Assembly (NCBI GenBank): GCA_963746845.1 | Contig: CAVVCZ010000005.1 | Span: 256,001 to 320,000 of the forward strand | DNA: 64,000 nucleotides | DNA from: an uncultured Chloroflexia bacterium | GTDB taxonomy: Bacteria; Chloroflexota; Limnocylindria; Limnocylindrales; CSP1-4 | Direction: 5' to 3' | In this document: positions 18,835 through 29,350 of the stretch, one piece after another | Layout of the letters: every line of letters starts with the position of its first letter | Numbering within the stretch: the stretch's first letter is position 1 | Made by a program: the position numbers and the translations under genes | The notes under the pieces: model-generated | The model's database searches: none | Seen by the model: only the letters and a program-made list of their open reading frames with translations | What the model was told of the DNA's origin: nothing

Positions 18835-19655
18835 CGCAACCACGTGATCCGGATGTGATCATCGCCACGTGGCTCGACGACGGCCCGGTCACCCTTCCGG
18901 ACGAGACCAGGCGGGCCATCTCGGTCGGTCTGCGAACGCAGCCTCGCGCACGGCGGCTGGCGATCCTTGGAGGGTCGTCCATGTCTCCGCTCAATCGCTT
19001 CGTCGTTGCCGCTGCCATCGTTCTCGCCGTCGGCGGCCTCTCGGCCTTCGTGCTGTCCAATCGCGCCGGCGGCTCCGGCGGCACGCCATCTCCATCCGCG
19101 TCGGCAGCTCCTTCGGCCACGCCTTCGCCGTCGCCGTCGCCGTCGATTGCGCCGTCACCGACCGCGTCCCTGCCCAGCACGGCCGGGTGGGTCACGTTTA
19201 CCTCGAGCCAGTACGGCTACCAGATCGCTTACCCCCCGACATGGGACCCGGACATCCAGGCCACACGAAACTGGGTGCTGGCTACGGACCGGCTGGCTCC
19301 GCCGGCGAGCGGGATGAACGGGTCCGCCGATCACTTCATCGGGGACGGGACGGGAGGCACGACCGCCGTGACGGGCCTGGCGGCCGATGTCCCCGCCGGC
19401 ACGTCCGAGGACGCGTGGCTCGCCGCCTACTACGCGGACGGCGCGTTCTGCGAGACGCTGCCGGTCTTCCTGCCCATCACCGTCGACGGCCACGCGGGCC
19501 GGCTCGACCCCTGCTATGACGCTCAGGCGATCGTCTTCATCGGAACGCGCGTCTACGTCTTCGCGATCCACGCGACCGACAACCAGCCGCTCTTCAGCGC
19601 ATTCCTGTCGACGGTCAAGTTCCCGTCGGCCTCGCCCAGTTCCAGTCCAGGCTGA
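18831..19655 (+). CDS. Putative anti-sigma factor (WLxxGP N-terminus, one TM, Ser/Pro linker, extracellular domain)
   Basis: ATGA-coupled to the sigma gene; IATWLDDGP; PsbP-like tail (SSQYGYQIAYPPTW). Confidence 0.75.
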   Translation: MTQPRDPDVIIATWLDDGPVTLPDETRRAISVGLRTQPRARRLAILGGSSMSPLNRFVVAAAIVLAVGGLSAFVLSNRAGGSGGTPSPSASAAPSATPSPSPSPSIAPSPTASLPSTAGWVTFTSSQYGYQIAYPPTWDPDIQATRNWVLATDRLAPPASGMNGSADHFIGDGTGGTTAVTGLAADVPAGTSEDAWLAAYYADGAFCETLPVFLPITVDGHAGRLDPCYDAQAIVFIGTRVYVFAIHATDNQPLFSAFLSTVKFPSASPSSSPG

Positions 19656-19658
19656 CTC

Positions 19659-20891
19659 CTAGTCCGGGAACGCCTCCGGGCCCCGCTCCGCGAGCTCGGA
19701 GGCTTCCCGCGCGTGGTCCGCGGCGTCCTCGTGCGGCAGCCAGCTGTACGGGTAGGCGGGGTCGTCGAGGTCCATCGCCGCCTGCGTGACGAAGAGCGGG
19801 TGGAACGTGTCGACCATGACCGCCAGCTCCTCGGTCGCGTCCTTCCCGATCGACGCCTCGACCGTGCCCGGATGCGGCCCGTGGGGGATCCCCGCCGGAT
19901 GGAGGGTGAACGACGCGATCTCCACGCCGCGCCGGCTCATGAAGTTGCCGGCGACGTAGTAGATGACCTCGTCGCTGTTGATGTTGCTGTGGTTGTACGG
20001 CGCGGGGATCGCGAGCGGGTGATAGTCGAACTTGCGGGGTACGAACGAGCAGACCACGAAGTTGCGCGCCCCGAACGTCTGGTGGACCGGCGGCGGCTGG
20101 TGGACGCGGCCGGTGATCGGCTGGAAGTCCGCGATGTCGAACCGGAACGGCCAGAGGTAGCCGTCCCAGCCGACGACGTCGAACGGGTGATGACGGTAGT
20201 GGTAGGCCGTGATCCGGTCGGTCGAGCGGACGTGGATGACGAACTCGCCCTCCTCCTCCGACGGCGCCTGGAGCTCGGGCGCGTGGAGGTCGCGCTGGCC
20301 GTACGGCGAGTGCTCGAGCAGCTGGCCGTAGTCGTTCCGGTAGCGCTTCGGCGGCTCGATCTCCGACGGCGCCTCGAGGTAGAGGATTCGCTGGGCGCTG
20401 CCCTCGTCGGGGTCCAGCCGCCAGGTCGTCCCGATCGGCAGGACGAGGTAGTCGCCCGGGCCGTAGCGGAGGTCCCCGAAGACCGTCCGGCAGACCCCGC
20501 TCCCCTCGTGGACGAACAGCATCTCGTCGGCGATCCCGTTCCGGTAGAAGGCGTTCGGCGGCATCGCCTCGGCCGGCCGGACGATCCCGAACACGACGTC
20601 GTGGTTGAAGTAGAGCGGGACCCGGCCGCTGACGACGTCGCCGCGCGGCTCGATGGAGCCGGTCTTCGTCAGGCGATGACGATGGAGGCCGTCGTCCGCC
20701 GCCTCGAGGTGGATCCGGCGGACCGGCTCGATCCGGTGGGTCCGGGTCGGCGGCGTCCGGTGGTAGAGGAGCGAGCTGCGGCCGGTGAACCCCTCGACCC
20801 CGAACAGCTCCTCGGCATACAGGCTGCCGTCGGCGGCGCGGTGCTGGGTGTGGCGCTGGCGCGGGATGCTGCCGCGGGCGACGTAGTACAT
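19659..20891 (-). CDS. hmgA: Homogentisate 1,2-dioxygenase
   Basis: HQPPPVH, PYNHSNINSDE, HGPHPG and ELAVMVDTF motifs. Confidence 0.93.
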   Translation of the reverse strand: MYYVARGSIPRQRHTQHRAADGSLYAEELFGVEGFTGRSSLLYHRTPPTRTHRIEPVRRIHLEAADDGLHRHRLTKTGSIEPRGDVVSGRVPLYFNHDVVFGIVRPAEAMPPNAFYRNGIADEMLFVHEGSGVCRTVFGDLRYGPGDYLVLPIGTTWRLDPDEGSAQRILYLEAPSEIEPPKRYRNDYGQLLEHSPYGQRDLHAPELQAPSEEEGEFVIHVRSTDRITAYHYRHHPFDVVGWDGYLWPFRFDIADFQPITGRVHQPPPVHQTFGARNFVVCSFVPRKFDYHPLAIPAPYNHSNINSDEVIYYVAGNFMSRRGVEIASFTLHPAGIPHGPHPGTVEASIGKDATEELAVMVDTFHPLFVTQAAMDLDDPAYPYSWLPHEDAADHAREASELAERGPEAFPD

Positions 20892-20895
20892 GCGC

Positions 20896-20926
20896 GACTG
20901 GCCTCCTCGGACTGAGGAGGCCAGTC
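20896..20926. promoter_or_regulatory. 13-bp perfect inverted repeat covering the hmgA RBS and -10 box
   Basis: GACTGGCCTCCTC-ggact-GAGGAGGCCAGTC; minus-strand TAGACT at 20928-20923. Confidence 0.6.
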
Positions 20927-20953
20927 TAGGTCGCGATCGCGATGATCCGCCTG

Positions 20954-22257
20954 TCAGGGCGATGGCGGGTTGGTGATCCAGTGTCCGACGTAGCCGAACC
21001 CGACTTCCATCTCGCTGAGGTCGTCACCCTGGATGTTCACCGGCCGGAGATCTGTGCCGTCCGGGTTCATCATCCAGAAGAAGTTGTTGAAGAGGAACAC
21101 GTGCTTGCCATCGGGCGTGTAGTCGGCTGCGATCACGCCACCGCCGCGGGTCAGCCGCTGCGGGTCCGATCCGTCCGGGGCGATCGTGTAGATGTCGGCC
21201 GTCCGTTTTGGGTCGCCGAACGGCACAGGGGCCATCGACAGCGGGCCGTCGAGGAACAGGATCCGCGATCCGTCGGGCGACCAATGGGGATTGCCCGGGT
21301 AGGTCATCCCGGCGATGGAGATCCGGCTGGTCTTGTCGGTCGCGATATCCGTGACGTAGATGGCCCCCGAGTCCGGCACTCCCTCGGACTGCCAGTGGAT
21401 CCGCCCGAAGGCAATCTTCGTCCCGTCCGGTGACCAGGACGGCCGCTCCGGGACGTCGTTGTCGTTCGGTCCCTGGGTGGAGGTGAGGGCGATCTGTTGC
21501 CCGCTGACGAGATCCTTGATCATCAGGAACGCCCTCGTCTCCTGGACCCGCACGAAGACGACCTTCGTCCCGGTCGGGTCGAACGCGGGATCCAGGTCTC
21601 CGCATGGGGCGACCGGGCACGTCGTCGCGACCCTCTTCAGCGACGTGCCGTCGAGATTGGCGGTCCACAGGGACTCGCCGTTCTGGTCGGCGTCCTGGAA
21701 GACGATCTTCGTCTGATCCGGGGAGATGGCGCCGGAGGTCTTGCCCGCGGCCGGTTGGCTCTTCAGGAACTCGACCGCCGTCGCGCCGGTCATCGTCTTC
21801 GGGTCCATCCAGTAGAAGCGCCGACGATCGATGTGATAGTCGCCATTGGCGGGCTCGGAGCCGTCCGGCGCATTGCCGGCGTGCTCCATGAGGATGCGCC
21901 CTGGGAGCGCCGAGTAGTCGACGGGCTTCGCACTCGGCTGGACCGAAGGCGAGGCGATCGCCGCGACGGACGCGATGGGCGTGCTCGCGCTCGGGGACGG
22001 CCCGCCGACGCTCTGGTTGCCGCCGGGTCTGAGGATGAGCGCCCCGCCGACAACAACGACCGCGATCGCGATCGCCGCCGCCGCGAGGCGGGCAGTGGTG
22101 GACATGGATCGAACCCTCCACGGGACACGGATGTCCCGTTCCTGGTGTGTCGTCTGGATGAGCAGGAGAGCGGTGTCGACGGCCTGGATCGGAGCGTGGT
22201 CGGCCCCTCTTCCAGCCACGACCGGGCGGCACGTTCGAACGAGCGATCGTCGGTCAT
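20954..22257 (-). CDS. Putative anti-sigma factor with a TolB-like PD40 beta-propeller (frameshift near 22198)
   Basis: MTDDRSFERAARSWLEEGPT, then (shifted) HAPIQAVDTALL...TM...; repeated WSPDG/SPD motifs; ATGA-coupled to the sigma gene. Confidence 0.75.
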
Positions 22258-22850
22258 GCCAGCCGCCCTTCCCGGAGCACGGGCTGCGCGTCGTCGACCA
22301 CGGCGGCACGCAGGCCCTGGGTTGCGTAGTGGAGGCGCGATCGGGCCGTCCCGGCCGGGATCTCGAGCATCTCGGCGATCTCGACCAGGGGCAGCCCGAG
22401 GTAGTGGTGCAACACGAACACCGCCCGCTGCTCGACAGGGATCCGCCGGAACGCGCGTTCCAGCTCGTCGCGGTCGACGACGGCCGAGGCGTCGTCGGGG
22501 GTCTCCGGTCCGTCGACCGGCAGCACCCGGACGTTCGCGGTCCACTGGCGGGACCGCTGTGCCTCGTCGTAGCAGGCGTGGACGAGGATCCGATGGATCC
22601 AGGCCTCGAAGCGATCGACATCCCGCAGGTGCGGGAGCCGGCGCCAGGCCAGGACGAGGGCGTTCTGCAGTGCGTCCTCGGCGAGCCCCGTGTCGCGGAG
22701 GATCCGGTGGGCGACCGCGTAGAGCGCGTCACTGACCTGGTGCACCAGGATGGCGAACGCCTCTCGGTCTCCCCGACGGGCCCGTTCCACGAGGTCTCGG
22801 TCCACCTCGACCCCTCGACGTGTCGCGACCATTCGGCCGCGATCACCCAT
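22254..22850 (-). CDS. ECF sigma-70 factor (paralog of 18283)
   Basis: EDALQNALVLAWR and GTARSRLHYA; true start may be slightly downstream. Confidence 0.92.
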   Translation of the reverse strand: MGDRGRMVATRRGVEVDRDLVERARRGDREAFAILVHQVSDALYAVAHRILRDTGLAEDALQNALVLAWRRLPHLRDVDRFEAWIHRILVHACYDEAQRSRQWTANVRVLPVDGPETPDDASAVVDRDELERAFRRIPVEQRAVFVLHHYLGLPLVEIAEMLEIPAGTARSRLHYATQGLRAAVVDDAQPVLREGRLA

Positions 22851-22878
22851 CTTGACGGTGGGTGGACGGCCGAAACGT

Positions 22879-23322
22879 TCAGGCGGTCGGCGGTATCATC
22901 GAATCGTCGGCGTAGTCCCAGCACGTCGTCACCTCCGGCTCGAGCACCGCGATCACGCCGGCGTCGATGCTGAGGTAGTCCGCGACGTCGGCCGTCGGGT
23001 CGAACGCCTCGACATACCGCCGGCAGATCTCGGCCCCGCGTTCGTGGTAGCCGCCGCGGGTCAGCCGGACGCGGCCTCGAACCTCGATCGCGCGGTACGG
23101 GTAGGCGTCCTCGGCGAGGACGACCGTCGCGTGCGGGTTCGCCTCGAGCATCGCGATCTTGCGGTCGCCGGCCGGGAGCTGGAAGACGAACCGGCCGTCG
23201 ACGAACCGGTGCCAGACCGGCCGGCCGAAGACCGACCCGTCGGGGCGCGGGATCGAGAGCACGGCCGCGTGCGGCCGGTCGAACAGGTCACCGAGATCCG
23301 CGGGCGCCAGTCCACGTCGCAT
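22879..23322 (-). CDS. Pyridoxamine-5'-phosphate oxidase-like (PPOX/F420-class) protein
   Basis: AVLSIPRPDGS...PVW...K...NP..TV...IEVRG pattern. Confidence 0.8.
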   Translation of the reverse strand: MRRGLAPADLGDLFDRPHAAVLSIPRPDGSVFGRPVWHRFVDGRFVFQLPAGDRKIAMLEANPHATVVLAEDAYPYRAIEVRGRVRLTRGGYHERGAEICRRYVEAFDPTADVADYLSIDAGVIAVLEPEVTTCWDYADDSMIPPTA

Positions 23323-23885
23323 GAGGGAGACCTCGGCTGCCGGCCCGCGCTTGACGAGCCGCGAACGAGTCGTAGGATGCGCTTCGGCGCTCGAGGATCA
23401 CCACATCGCGCCACTGCCCGGCGGCGTCCCGGCCCAGTGCCTCGTGGACGCCGACCCGGCGGAAGCCGAGGCGCTCGTGCAGGGCGAGGCTGCCGACGTT
23501 CTCGACCTGGACACCGGCGATCAGCGTCCAGACGCCCGCCGCCTCCGACGCCGGGATAAGCGTCTCCAACAGCGCCCGGCCCACCCCGCGGCCGCGGGCG
23601 GCCTCGGCGACGTAGACGCTCTCCCAGGCCACGCCCGTGTAGACCTCGCGTGACGAGTACCGGGCGATCGCCGTCCAGCCCACGACGACGGCCGTCGAGG
23701 CGCGCGACGAACCGGCAGTCGGACCGGTGGCTGGCGTGCCACGCACGCCAGGCCGGGACCACCGTCTCGAAGGTCGAGATCCCGGTGGCGATGCCCTCGC
23801 TATAGATCGCGAGCACGGCGTCGGCGTCGTCTGCGGTCATCGGCTCGACGACGACGCCGGGGGCGGGCCGCGGGTCGGCGGCCAT
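23288..23885 (-). CDS. GNAT N-acetyltransferase (phosphinothricin acetyltransferase-like), frameshift near 23692
   Basis: IYSEGIATGISTFE, then (shifted) ESVYV..ARGRGVG..L...N.GSLALHERLGF. Confidence 0.8.
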
Positions 23886-24988
23886 CAGCCGCTCCGGCCT
23901 CGGGCGTCGACGGGCCACTCGTCGGTCGAGCCATCGGCGCGGACCACGACGACCGTCTCCACCAGGTCGATCACCGGGCAGACGTGGTTCGGGATCACGG
24001 CGACGACTGTGCCGAGGGCCGGCCGAGCCGCGCCCGCGGGGACGGCCACGACGCCGTGGTAGTCGTTGACGCGCTCGATGACGAGGTCCGGGTAGCCGGC
24101 GATCGCGCCGTGACCCGTCAGCCACGGGGCCCGGTCCTTCGTGAGGGCCTTCGCACCCGCGTCGATCACGAGCCGGTCGTCGAAGACGGACACGACCGTC
24201 GCGGCGACGGCCACGGCGCAGCCCTCGGCGGGGATCGCCCCGAGGAGCCACTGCTGGCGATCGCCGTAGACGTACGTGCCCGCGCGCATCTCGGTGACGG
24301 CACCGGCGGCCGCGCTGAGCATCGTCGGGGTCGCGCCCGCGCTGATCGTCGTGACGTCGACGCCCGCGGCCCGGAGCGCCGATGCCGCCGCCTCGAGACT
24401 CCGGACCTCGTCGTCGCCGGCCGACGCGGCCGCGCCCGGCTGATAGCCGTGACCGCCGTGGCTGAACACGCCGTCGACGACCAGCCCGGCGGCGCGGGCG
24501 GCGAGCGCGACCTCGACGGCGACGGCCGGCGACGCCGTGCCGGTCCGACGGTTGCCCGGATCGACCTCGACGAGAACGGTCAATGGACTGGACGTACCCG
24601 CCGTCGCGGCAGCGAGGCATCGGGCACCGGCCACGGAGTCGACCCCGCATCGGAACCCGGGATCGGTCTCGTGGAGCGCCGCCAGCCGTCGACCCTTGGC
24701 GCCGGCGGCCCAGACGGGATAGGCGAGGAACAGATCCCGGATCCCGGCGGCCGCGAACACCTCAGCTTCGCCGATCGTCCCGACCGTGATCCCGTGGGCC
24801 CCGGCGTCGAGCTGGAGCCGTGCGACGGCGACGCTCTTGTGGGTCTTGGCGTGCGGCCGGAGGGCGATCCCGCGGTGGTCCATCTCGTCCTGGAGCCGCC
24901 GGATGTTCCCGTGGACGCGGGCAAGATCGACGACAACGCGTGGCGTGTCGAGGCCGGGCGGTAGTGCCGGGAACGTCGGCTCGGTCAC
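23885..24988 (-). CDS. PLP fold-III enzyme, D-threonine aldolase/D-serine dehydratase family
   Basis: RPHAKTHK, EMRAGTY, DAGAKAL and PNHVC motifs. Confidence 0.88.
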   Translation of the reverse strand: MTEPTFPALPPGLDTPRVVVDLARVHGNIRRLQDEMDHRGIALRPHAKTHKSVAVARLQLDAGAHGITVGTIGEAEVFAAAGIRDLFLAYPVWAAGAKGRRLAALHETDPGFRCGVDSVAGARCLAAATAGTSSPLTVLVEVDPGNRRTGTASPAVAVEVALAARAAGLVVDGVFSHGGHGYQPGAAASAGDDEVRSLEAAASALRAAGVDVTTISAGATPTMLSAAAGAVTEMRAGTYVYGDRQQWLLGAIPAEGCAVAVAATVVSVFDDRLVIDAGAKALTKDRAPWLTGHGAIAGYPDLVIERVNDYHGVVAVPAGAARPALGTVVAVIPNHVCPVIDLVETVVVVRADGSTDEWPVDARGRSG

Positions 24989-25992
24989 CGCTGCACAGGC
25001 CGCGCGACGATCGGCGTCCGCAGCGCGCCGAGGCCGTCGACTCGAAGGACGACCTCGTCGCCGGGCTCGAGATAGCGGCCGAGGGTGGCGTCCTTGACCT
25101 CGAGCAGGCACCCGGTCCCGACGGTCCCCGATCCGAGCAGGTCGCCCGGTCGGAGACGAACGTCGGCCGACGCGCGCGCGACCATCTGGCCGAACGAGAA
25201 CTGCGCGTCCGACCAGCGTCCACGCGAAGTCTCGGCCCCGTTGACGGTCGCGGTCATCGCCAGGTCCGGGCCGCTCGCGCCCGCGGCGCGCGCGCGAACC
25301 AGCTCATCCGGGGTCACGAGCCACGGCCCGATCGTCGAGGCGAAGTCCTTGCCCTTCGCCGGGCCCAGCCTGACGGCGGTCTCCTCGCGCTGGAGGTCAC
25401 GCGCCGACCAGTCGTTGAGGATCGTGTACCCGCCGATCGCCTCCTCGCCCCGCTCGGGGGACAGGTCGACCGCGGGCGTGTCGATCACGGCCGCGACCTC
25501 CAGCTCGTAGTCGAGCTCGGCCGAGCCGGCCGGAGCCCAGACCGGATCGTCCGGGCCGCGGATCTCTGACACGTTGCTGAAGTAGAAGATCGGCAGCCGG
25601 TACCACGTCTCCGGCACCTCGCCGCCGCGTCGCTCCCACATCGTCCGTACGTGCCTCTCGAACGCGTAGAAGTCGCGCAGGCTCGGGGGTCGGAGGATCG
25701 GCGGACCGAACGCGAGGTCCGCCGCGTCGAGGACCGCATCGTCGTCCTCCCGTGGCACGAAGCCATCGACGAGCTCGCCGATGGCCTCCACGCGCAGCCC
25801 GCGCGCGAGGTGGTCGTCCAGCGTCGTCACGGGCTGGCGATGCAGGACGCGGTCGTGGGCGAGGTTGCGGTCGGCGGCGATGGCCCGTCGGCGAGCGATA
25901 TCGAGGTCGACCCAGCCGTCGTCGAGCGCCGCGACCAGCCGCCACGGAGCCCCCGACGGGGCACGGAGGTCCCGGACGTGAGCGAGCTTCAT
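24985..25992 (-). CDS. Fumarylacetoacetate hydrolase family protein
   Basis: RDFYAFERH, DYELE, NDWSARD, KGKDF and GSGT motifs. Confidence 0.9.
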   Translation of the reverse strand: MKLAHVRDLRAPSGAPWRLVAALDDGWVDLDIARRRAIAADRNLAHDRVLHRQPVTTLDDHLARGLRVEAIGELVDGFVPREDDDAVLDAADLAFGPPILRPPSLRDFYAFERHVRTMWERRGGEVPETWYRLPIFYFSNVSEIRGPDDPVWAPAGSAELDYELEVAAVIDTPAVDLSPERGEEAIGGYTILNDWSARDLQREETAVRLGPAKGKDFASTIGPWLVTPDELVRARAAGASGPDLAMTATVNGAETSRGRWSDAQFSFGQMVARASADVRLRPGDLLGSGTVGTGCLLEVKDATLGRYLEPGDEVVLRVDGLGALRTPIVARPVQR

Positions 25993-26111
25993 GGGCGGGT
26001 GACGGTGGGCAGGATCACCGCCCGAGTGTAAGGTCGCCCATCCCTCGTCGACGGGTCCTGCGTCGAACGGGGGATGACAGGATGGGTCGATCGGTGCCAG
26101 CCTGTGCCGTC

Positions 26112-28571
26112 ATGACCCCTTCGCCGCCCCATCGGCCGGTCCCGGCGGACCCGTCGCCGGCCGTTGCCACGCCCGGAGCCTCGATCCTCGTCGGGCTCGT
26201 CCGCCTGATCGGGGTCGTCGCGATCGTGATCGGGCTCCTCGAGGGCCTCGCCGGGATCACCTACCGCGAGCCGCGGGCGGTCCTGCTCGGGCTGACGGCC
26301 ACGACCTACGGGATCTGGGTCGCCTCACGGGCCGGCGGCCTGACCGGCCCGCAGCGCGAGTCGACGATCACCCGGATCGCCGTGCTGACCCTCGCCTTGA
26401 TCGGCCTGGCGGCGACCCTTCAGCCGTCGATGGCCACGGCGATGGCGATCGCGTCCCTCCTGCCGGCGGTCATCGTCACTCCGCTCGTCTCGAGCCGGAC
26501 CGTCCTCCGCCTCCTGATCGCCAGCGGGGTCGTCGGGGCCTGGAGCGTCTTCGTCGGTGCCCTGCTGCCGGACCCGAACCGGCTGCCCCTCACGGCGCAG
26601 ACGGCGTTCGCGTTCGTGACGCTCGTCCTCGCCTACACCTTCCTGATCATGTTCCTGTGGGAGGTCAGCCGACGCCTGAAGGACACCGCGGCGGACCTCC
26701 GCAGCGTCATCGCGATGTCCGGCGACCTGGCCCAGTCGCTCGACCCGCGCCTGGTCGGCGACCGGATCGCCGTCCACATCGCCCGCGCGGTCGGCGCCGA
26801 CGATTGCGCGCTGAGCTACTGGGACCGGACGACGAACCGGGTCGTGACCCTCGGCTACGAACCGCCGGAGCGGCGCGGCGCCCTGAACGAGACGTACGCC
26901 GTCGATGACTACCCGGCGACGCGCGAGGTGCTCGAGACGCAGCGCCCGACGCGGATCGACGTCGACGACAAGACCGCCGACCCGGCCGAGGTGCGCTACC
27001 TGGCGGAGATCGGCCATCGCTCGATGGCGATGGTGCCGCTCGTCGCTGCCGGCCGAACGGTCGGCTTGATCGAGGTGACGGCCGCGCGACGCCGGGCGTT
27101 CGGCGACCGCGCCGTCGAGCTCGCGACGATGCTCGCGGGCGAGGCGGCGATGGCCCTCGAGAACGCCCGCCTGTACGACCAGATCCGGCACCAGGCCCTT
27201 CACGACGGGCTGACCGGGCTCGCGAACCGCGTCCTGTTCCGCGACCGGGTCGAGCACGCGGTCGAGCGCAGCCGGCGCGCCGGCGGCCAGCTGGCGCTGC
27301 TCTTCATCGACCTCGACGACTTCAAGACCCTCAACGACACCCACGGCCATGCCCGCGGCGACGACGTGCTCTCGACGGTCTCGGGCCGCCTGCTCGGCGT
27401 GCTGCGGCCGGTCGACACGGCCGCGCGTCTGGGCGGCGACGAGTTCGCGGTGCTCCTCGAGGACGTGACCAGCGAGGCCGATGCGTTGGCGGTCGCGACG
27501 CGGATCGCCGAGTCGTTCCGTCAGCCCCTCCTCTTCGACGACGTGCCGATCCGCGTCGCCGCGAGCATCGGCGTCGCGATCGGGCGTGGACCCGAGACCG
27601 CCGACGACCTGCTCCGCAACGCGGACGTCGCGATGTACGCGGCGAAGCAGTCGTCCCGCGGCGGAGCCGAGATCTTCCGGCCGAGCCTCCGCGACGGCGC
27701 CGCCGAGCGGGCGGCCCGGGCGGAGCGCCTCCGCGGCGTCGAGCAGCGCGACGAGCTCCGGCTCGACTTCCAGCCGATCGTCGACCTGGCGACGACGGCC
27801 ATCGTCGCGGTGGAGGCGCTCGTGCGCTGGCAGCCGCCGGACGGCCCGGTGCTCATGCCGGGTGAGTGGATCGACCTTGCCGAGGAGAGCGGAGACATCG
27901 TCCCGATCGGACGCTGGATCCTGCGCGAGGCGTGCCGCCAGGCCCGCGACTGGCAGATCCGCCTCGACCGCCCGGATCTCCGCGTCAGCGTGAACCTGTC
28001 CGCCCGCCAGTTCGCCGAGCACGACATCCTCGCGACGGTCCGGACCGTCCTCGACGAGACGGGCCTGCCGCCGGCCAGCCTGATCCTCGAGATCACGGAG
28101 AGCGGACTGATGCGCCGCACGGCGTCCACGATCGCGCGGCTGTCCGAGCTCCGCGAGCTGGGCTGCCATCTCGCGATCGACGACTTCGGGACCGGCTACT
28201 CGTCATTGAGCTACCTCGAGCGCTTCCCGATCGACATCCTGAAGATCGACCGGACCTTCGTGTCGTCGACCGGTGCCGGCGCATCGCCGATCGCCCGGGC
28301 CGTCATCGACCTGGGTCGGACGCTCCACCTCGAGGTCATCGCCGAGGGGATCGAACACGCCGAGCAGGCCCGCTGGCTGGCCGACCTCGGGTGCCGCTAC
28401 GGCCAGGGCTTCCTGTACGCCCGACCGGTGAGCGCCGCGGCGCTCGAGGCGCTGCTCGCCGAGGGCGCGGGGCTCGCCGGTCCGACCGACGGCCAGGCCG
28501 GCGGCACCCGCGGCGGCGAACCCGATCGGGAGGCGCCGCGGCTGCGGCTGGTCAGCGGAGACGACCGCTAG
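26112..28571 (+). CDS. Membrane-bound GAF-GGDEF-EAL diguanylate cyclase/phosphodiesterase
   Basis: About 6 TM helices, GAF domain, intact GGDEF, EAL and DDFGTGYSSL. Confidence 0.93.
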   Translation: MTPSPPHRPVPADPSPAVATPGASILVGLVRLIGVVAIVIGLLEGLAGITYREPRAVLLGLTATTYGIWVASRAGGLTGPQRESTITRIAVLTLALIGLAATLQPSMATAMAIASLLPAVIVTPLVSSRTVLRLLIASGVVGAWSVFVGALLPDPNRLPLTAQTAFAFVTLVLAYTFLIMFLWEVSRRLKDTAADLRSVIAMSGDLAQSLDPRLVGDRIAVHIARAVGADDCALSYWDRTTNRVVTLGYEPPERRGALNETYAVDDYPATREVLETQRPTRIDVDDKTADPAEVRYLAEIGHRSMAMVPLVAAGRTVGLIEVTAARRRAFGDRAVELATMLAGEAAMALENARLYDQIRHQALHDGLTGLANRVLFRDRVEHAVERSRRAGGQLALLFIDLDDFKTLNDTHGHARGDDVLSTVSGRLLGVLRPVDTAARLGGDEFAVLLEDVTSEADALAVATRIAESFRQPLLFDDVPIRVAASIGVAIGRGPETADDLLRNADVAMYAAKQSSRGGAEIFRPSLRDGAAERAARAERLRGVEQRDELRLDFQPIVDLATTAIVAVEALVRWQPPDGPVLMPGEWIDLAEESGDIVPIGRWILREACRQARDWQIRLDRPDLRVSVNLSARQFAEHDILATVRTVLDETGLPPASLILEITESGLMRRTASTIARLSELRELGCHLAIDDFGTGYSSLSYLERFPIDILKIDRTFVSSTGAGASPIARAVIDLGRTLHLEVIAEGIEHAEQARWLADLGCRYGQGFLYARPVSAAALEALLAEGAGLAGPTDGQAGGTRGGEPDREAPRLRLVSGDDR

Positions 28572-29033
28572 AACGGCTTCAGCACCATCAGCCAGACGAG
28601 CACGATCAGCCCGCCGAGCCCGACGAGCGCCAGTGCCTCGGGCCGCCGGTTGTCGACGCGTCGGGCGAGCTCCGCACGGTCGATCGGAGCCACACCGTCC
28701 TTCCCTGCGAGCGCCTCGCGGAGCGGGTAGTAGAACCCGGCGCCGAGGGCCCACATCCCGACGAGCACGGCGATCAGGACGACGTACGAGGCCACGACCC
28801 AGCCGGCGAGCAGCATGTTGGCGTTCCAGGCCGCGCCGAGCCCGCCGACCGACGAGGAGGAGCAGGCCGAGGTACATCGTCTGGTTCCCTCGCGACGACA
28901 TCGCCAGCAGCAGCCGGGCGGTGTCCGGGTCCGGGTTGCGCCGGACCGCGAACACGGCCCACATCGACACCCCGTGGAGGAACACGAACAGGACGAGTCC
29001 GACCAGGTGGACGAACACGAGCCACTGGTACAT
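28568..29033 (-). CDS. DUF2269-like membrane protein, frameshift near 28848
   Basis: MYQWLVFVHL..., then (shifted) GGLGAAW...WLMVLKPF. Confidence 0.75.
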
Positions 29034-29141
29034 GGGCAGCCCTCCCGAGCCGTCGTACCTCCCGACGGATCAGCCCGAGTCTAGCCGCGGCGTCGACCGC
29101 CCGACACGCTCCCCAGGCTCGGTACGCGCACCCCCCGGGAC

Positions 29142-29300
29142 GTGCGCAACGCAACCGGGGTGAGCACTACGCACTCGTGCGGGGCACGGCGCCGGTCAAA
29201 GCGTCCGGAACGCCAACCACGGTTGCGTTCCGGACCCCTTGCGCCGCCCAAGCCGCCGTCGACGGCGCGTGCGGGTCCGTAGTGCAACCGTGAGTTGCAT
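29142..29300. repeat. Long imperfect inverted repeat (REPIN/MITE-like), copy B
   Basis: GCACTACG (29164-29171) pairs with CGTAGTGC (29278-29285); apical hairpin at 29203-29235. Confidence 0.65.
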
Positions 29301-29350
29301 ACCGGACCAATCGCCTCGCCGTGAGCGAGCGCCGCGAGCCTGCGGTCGGC

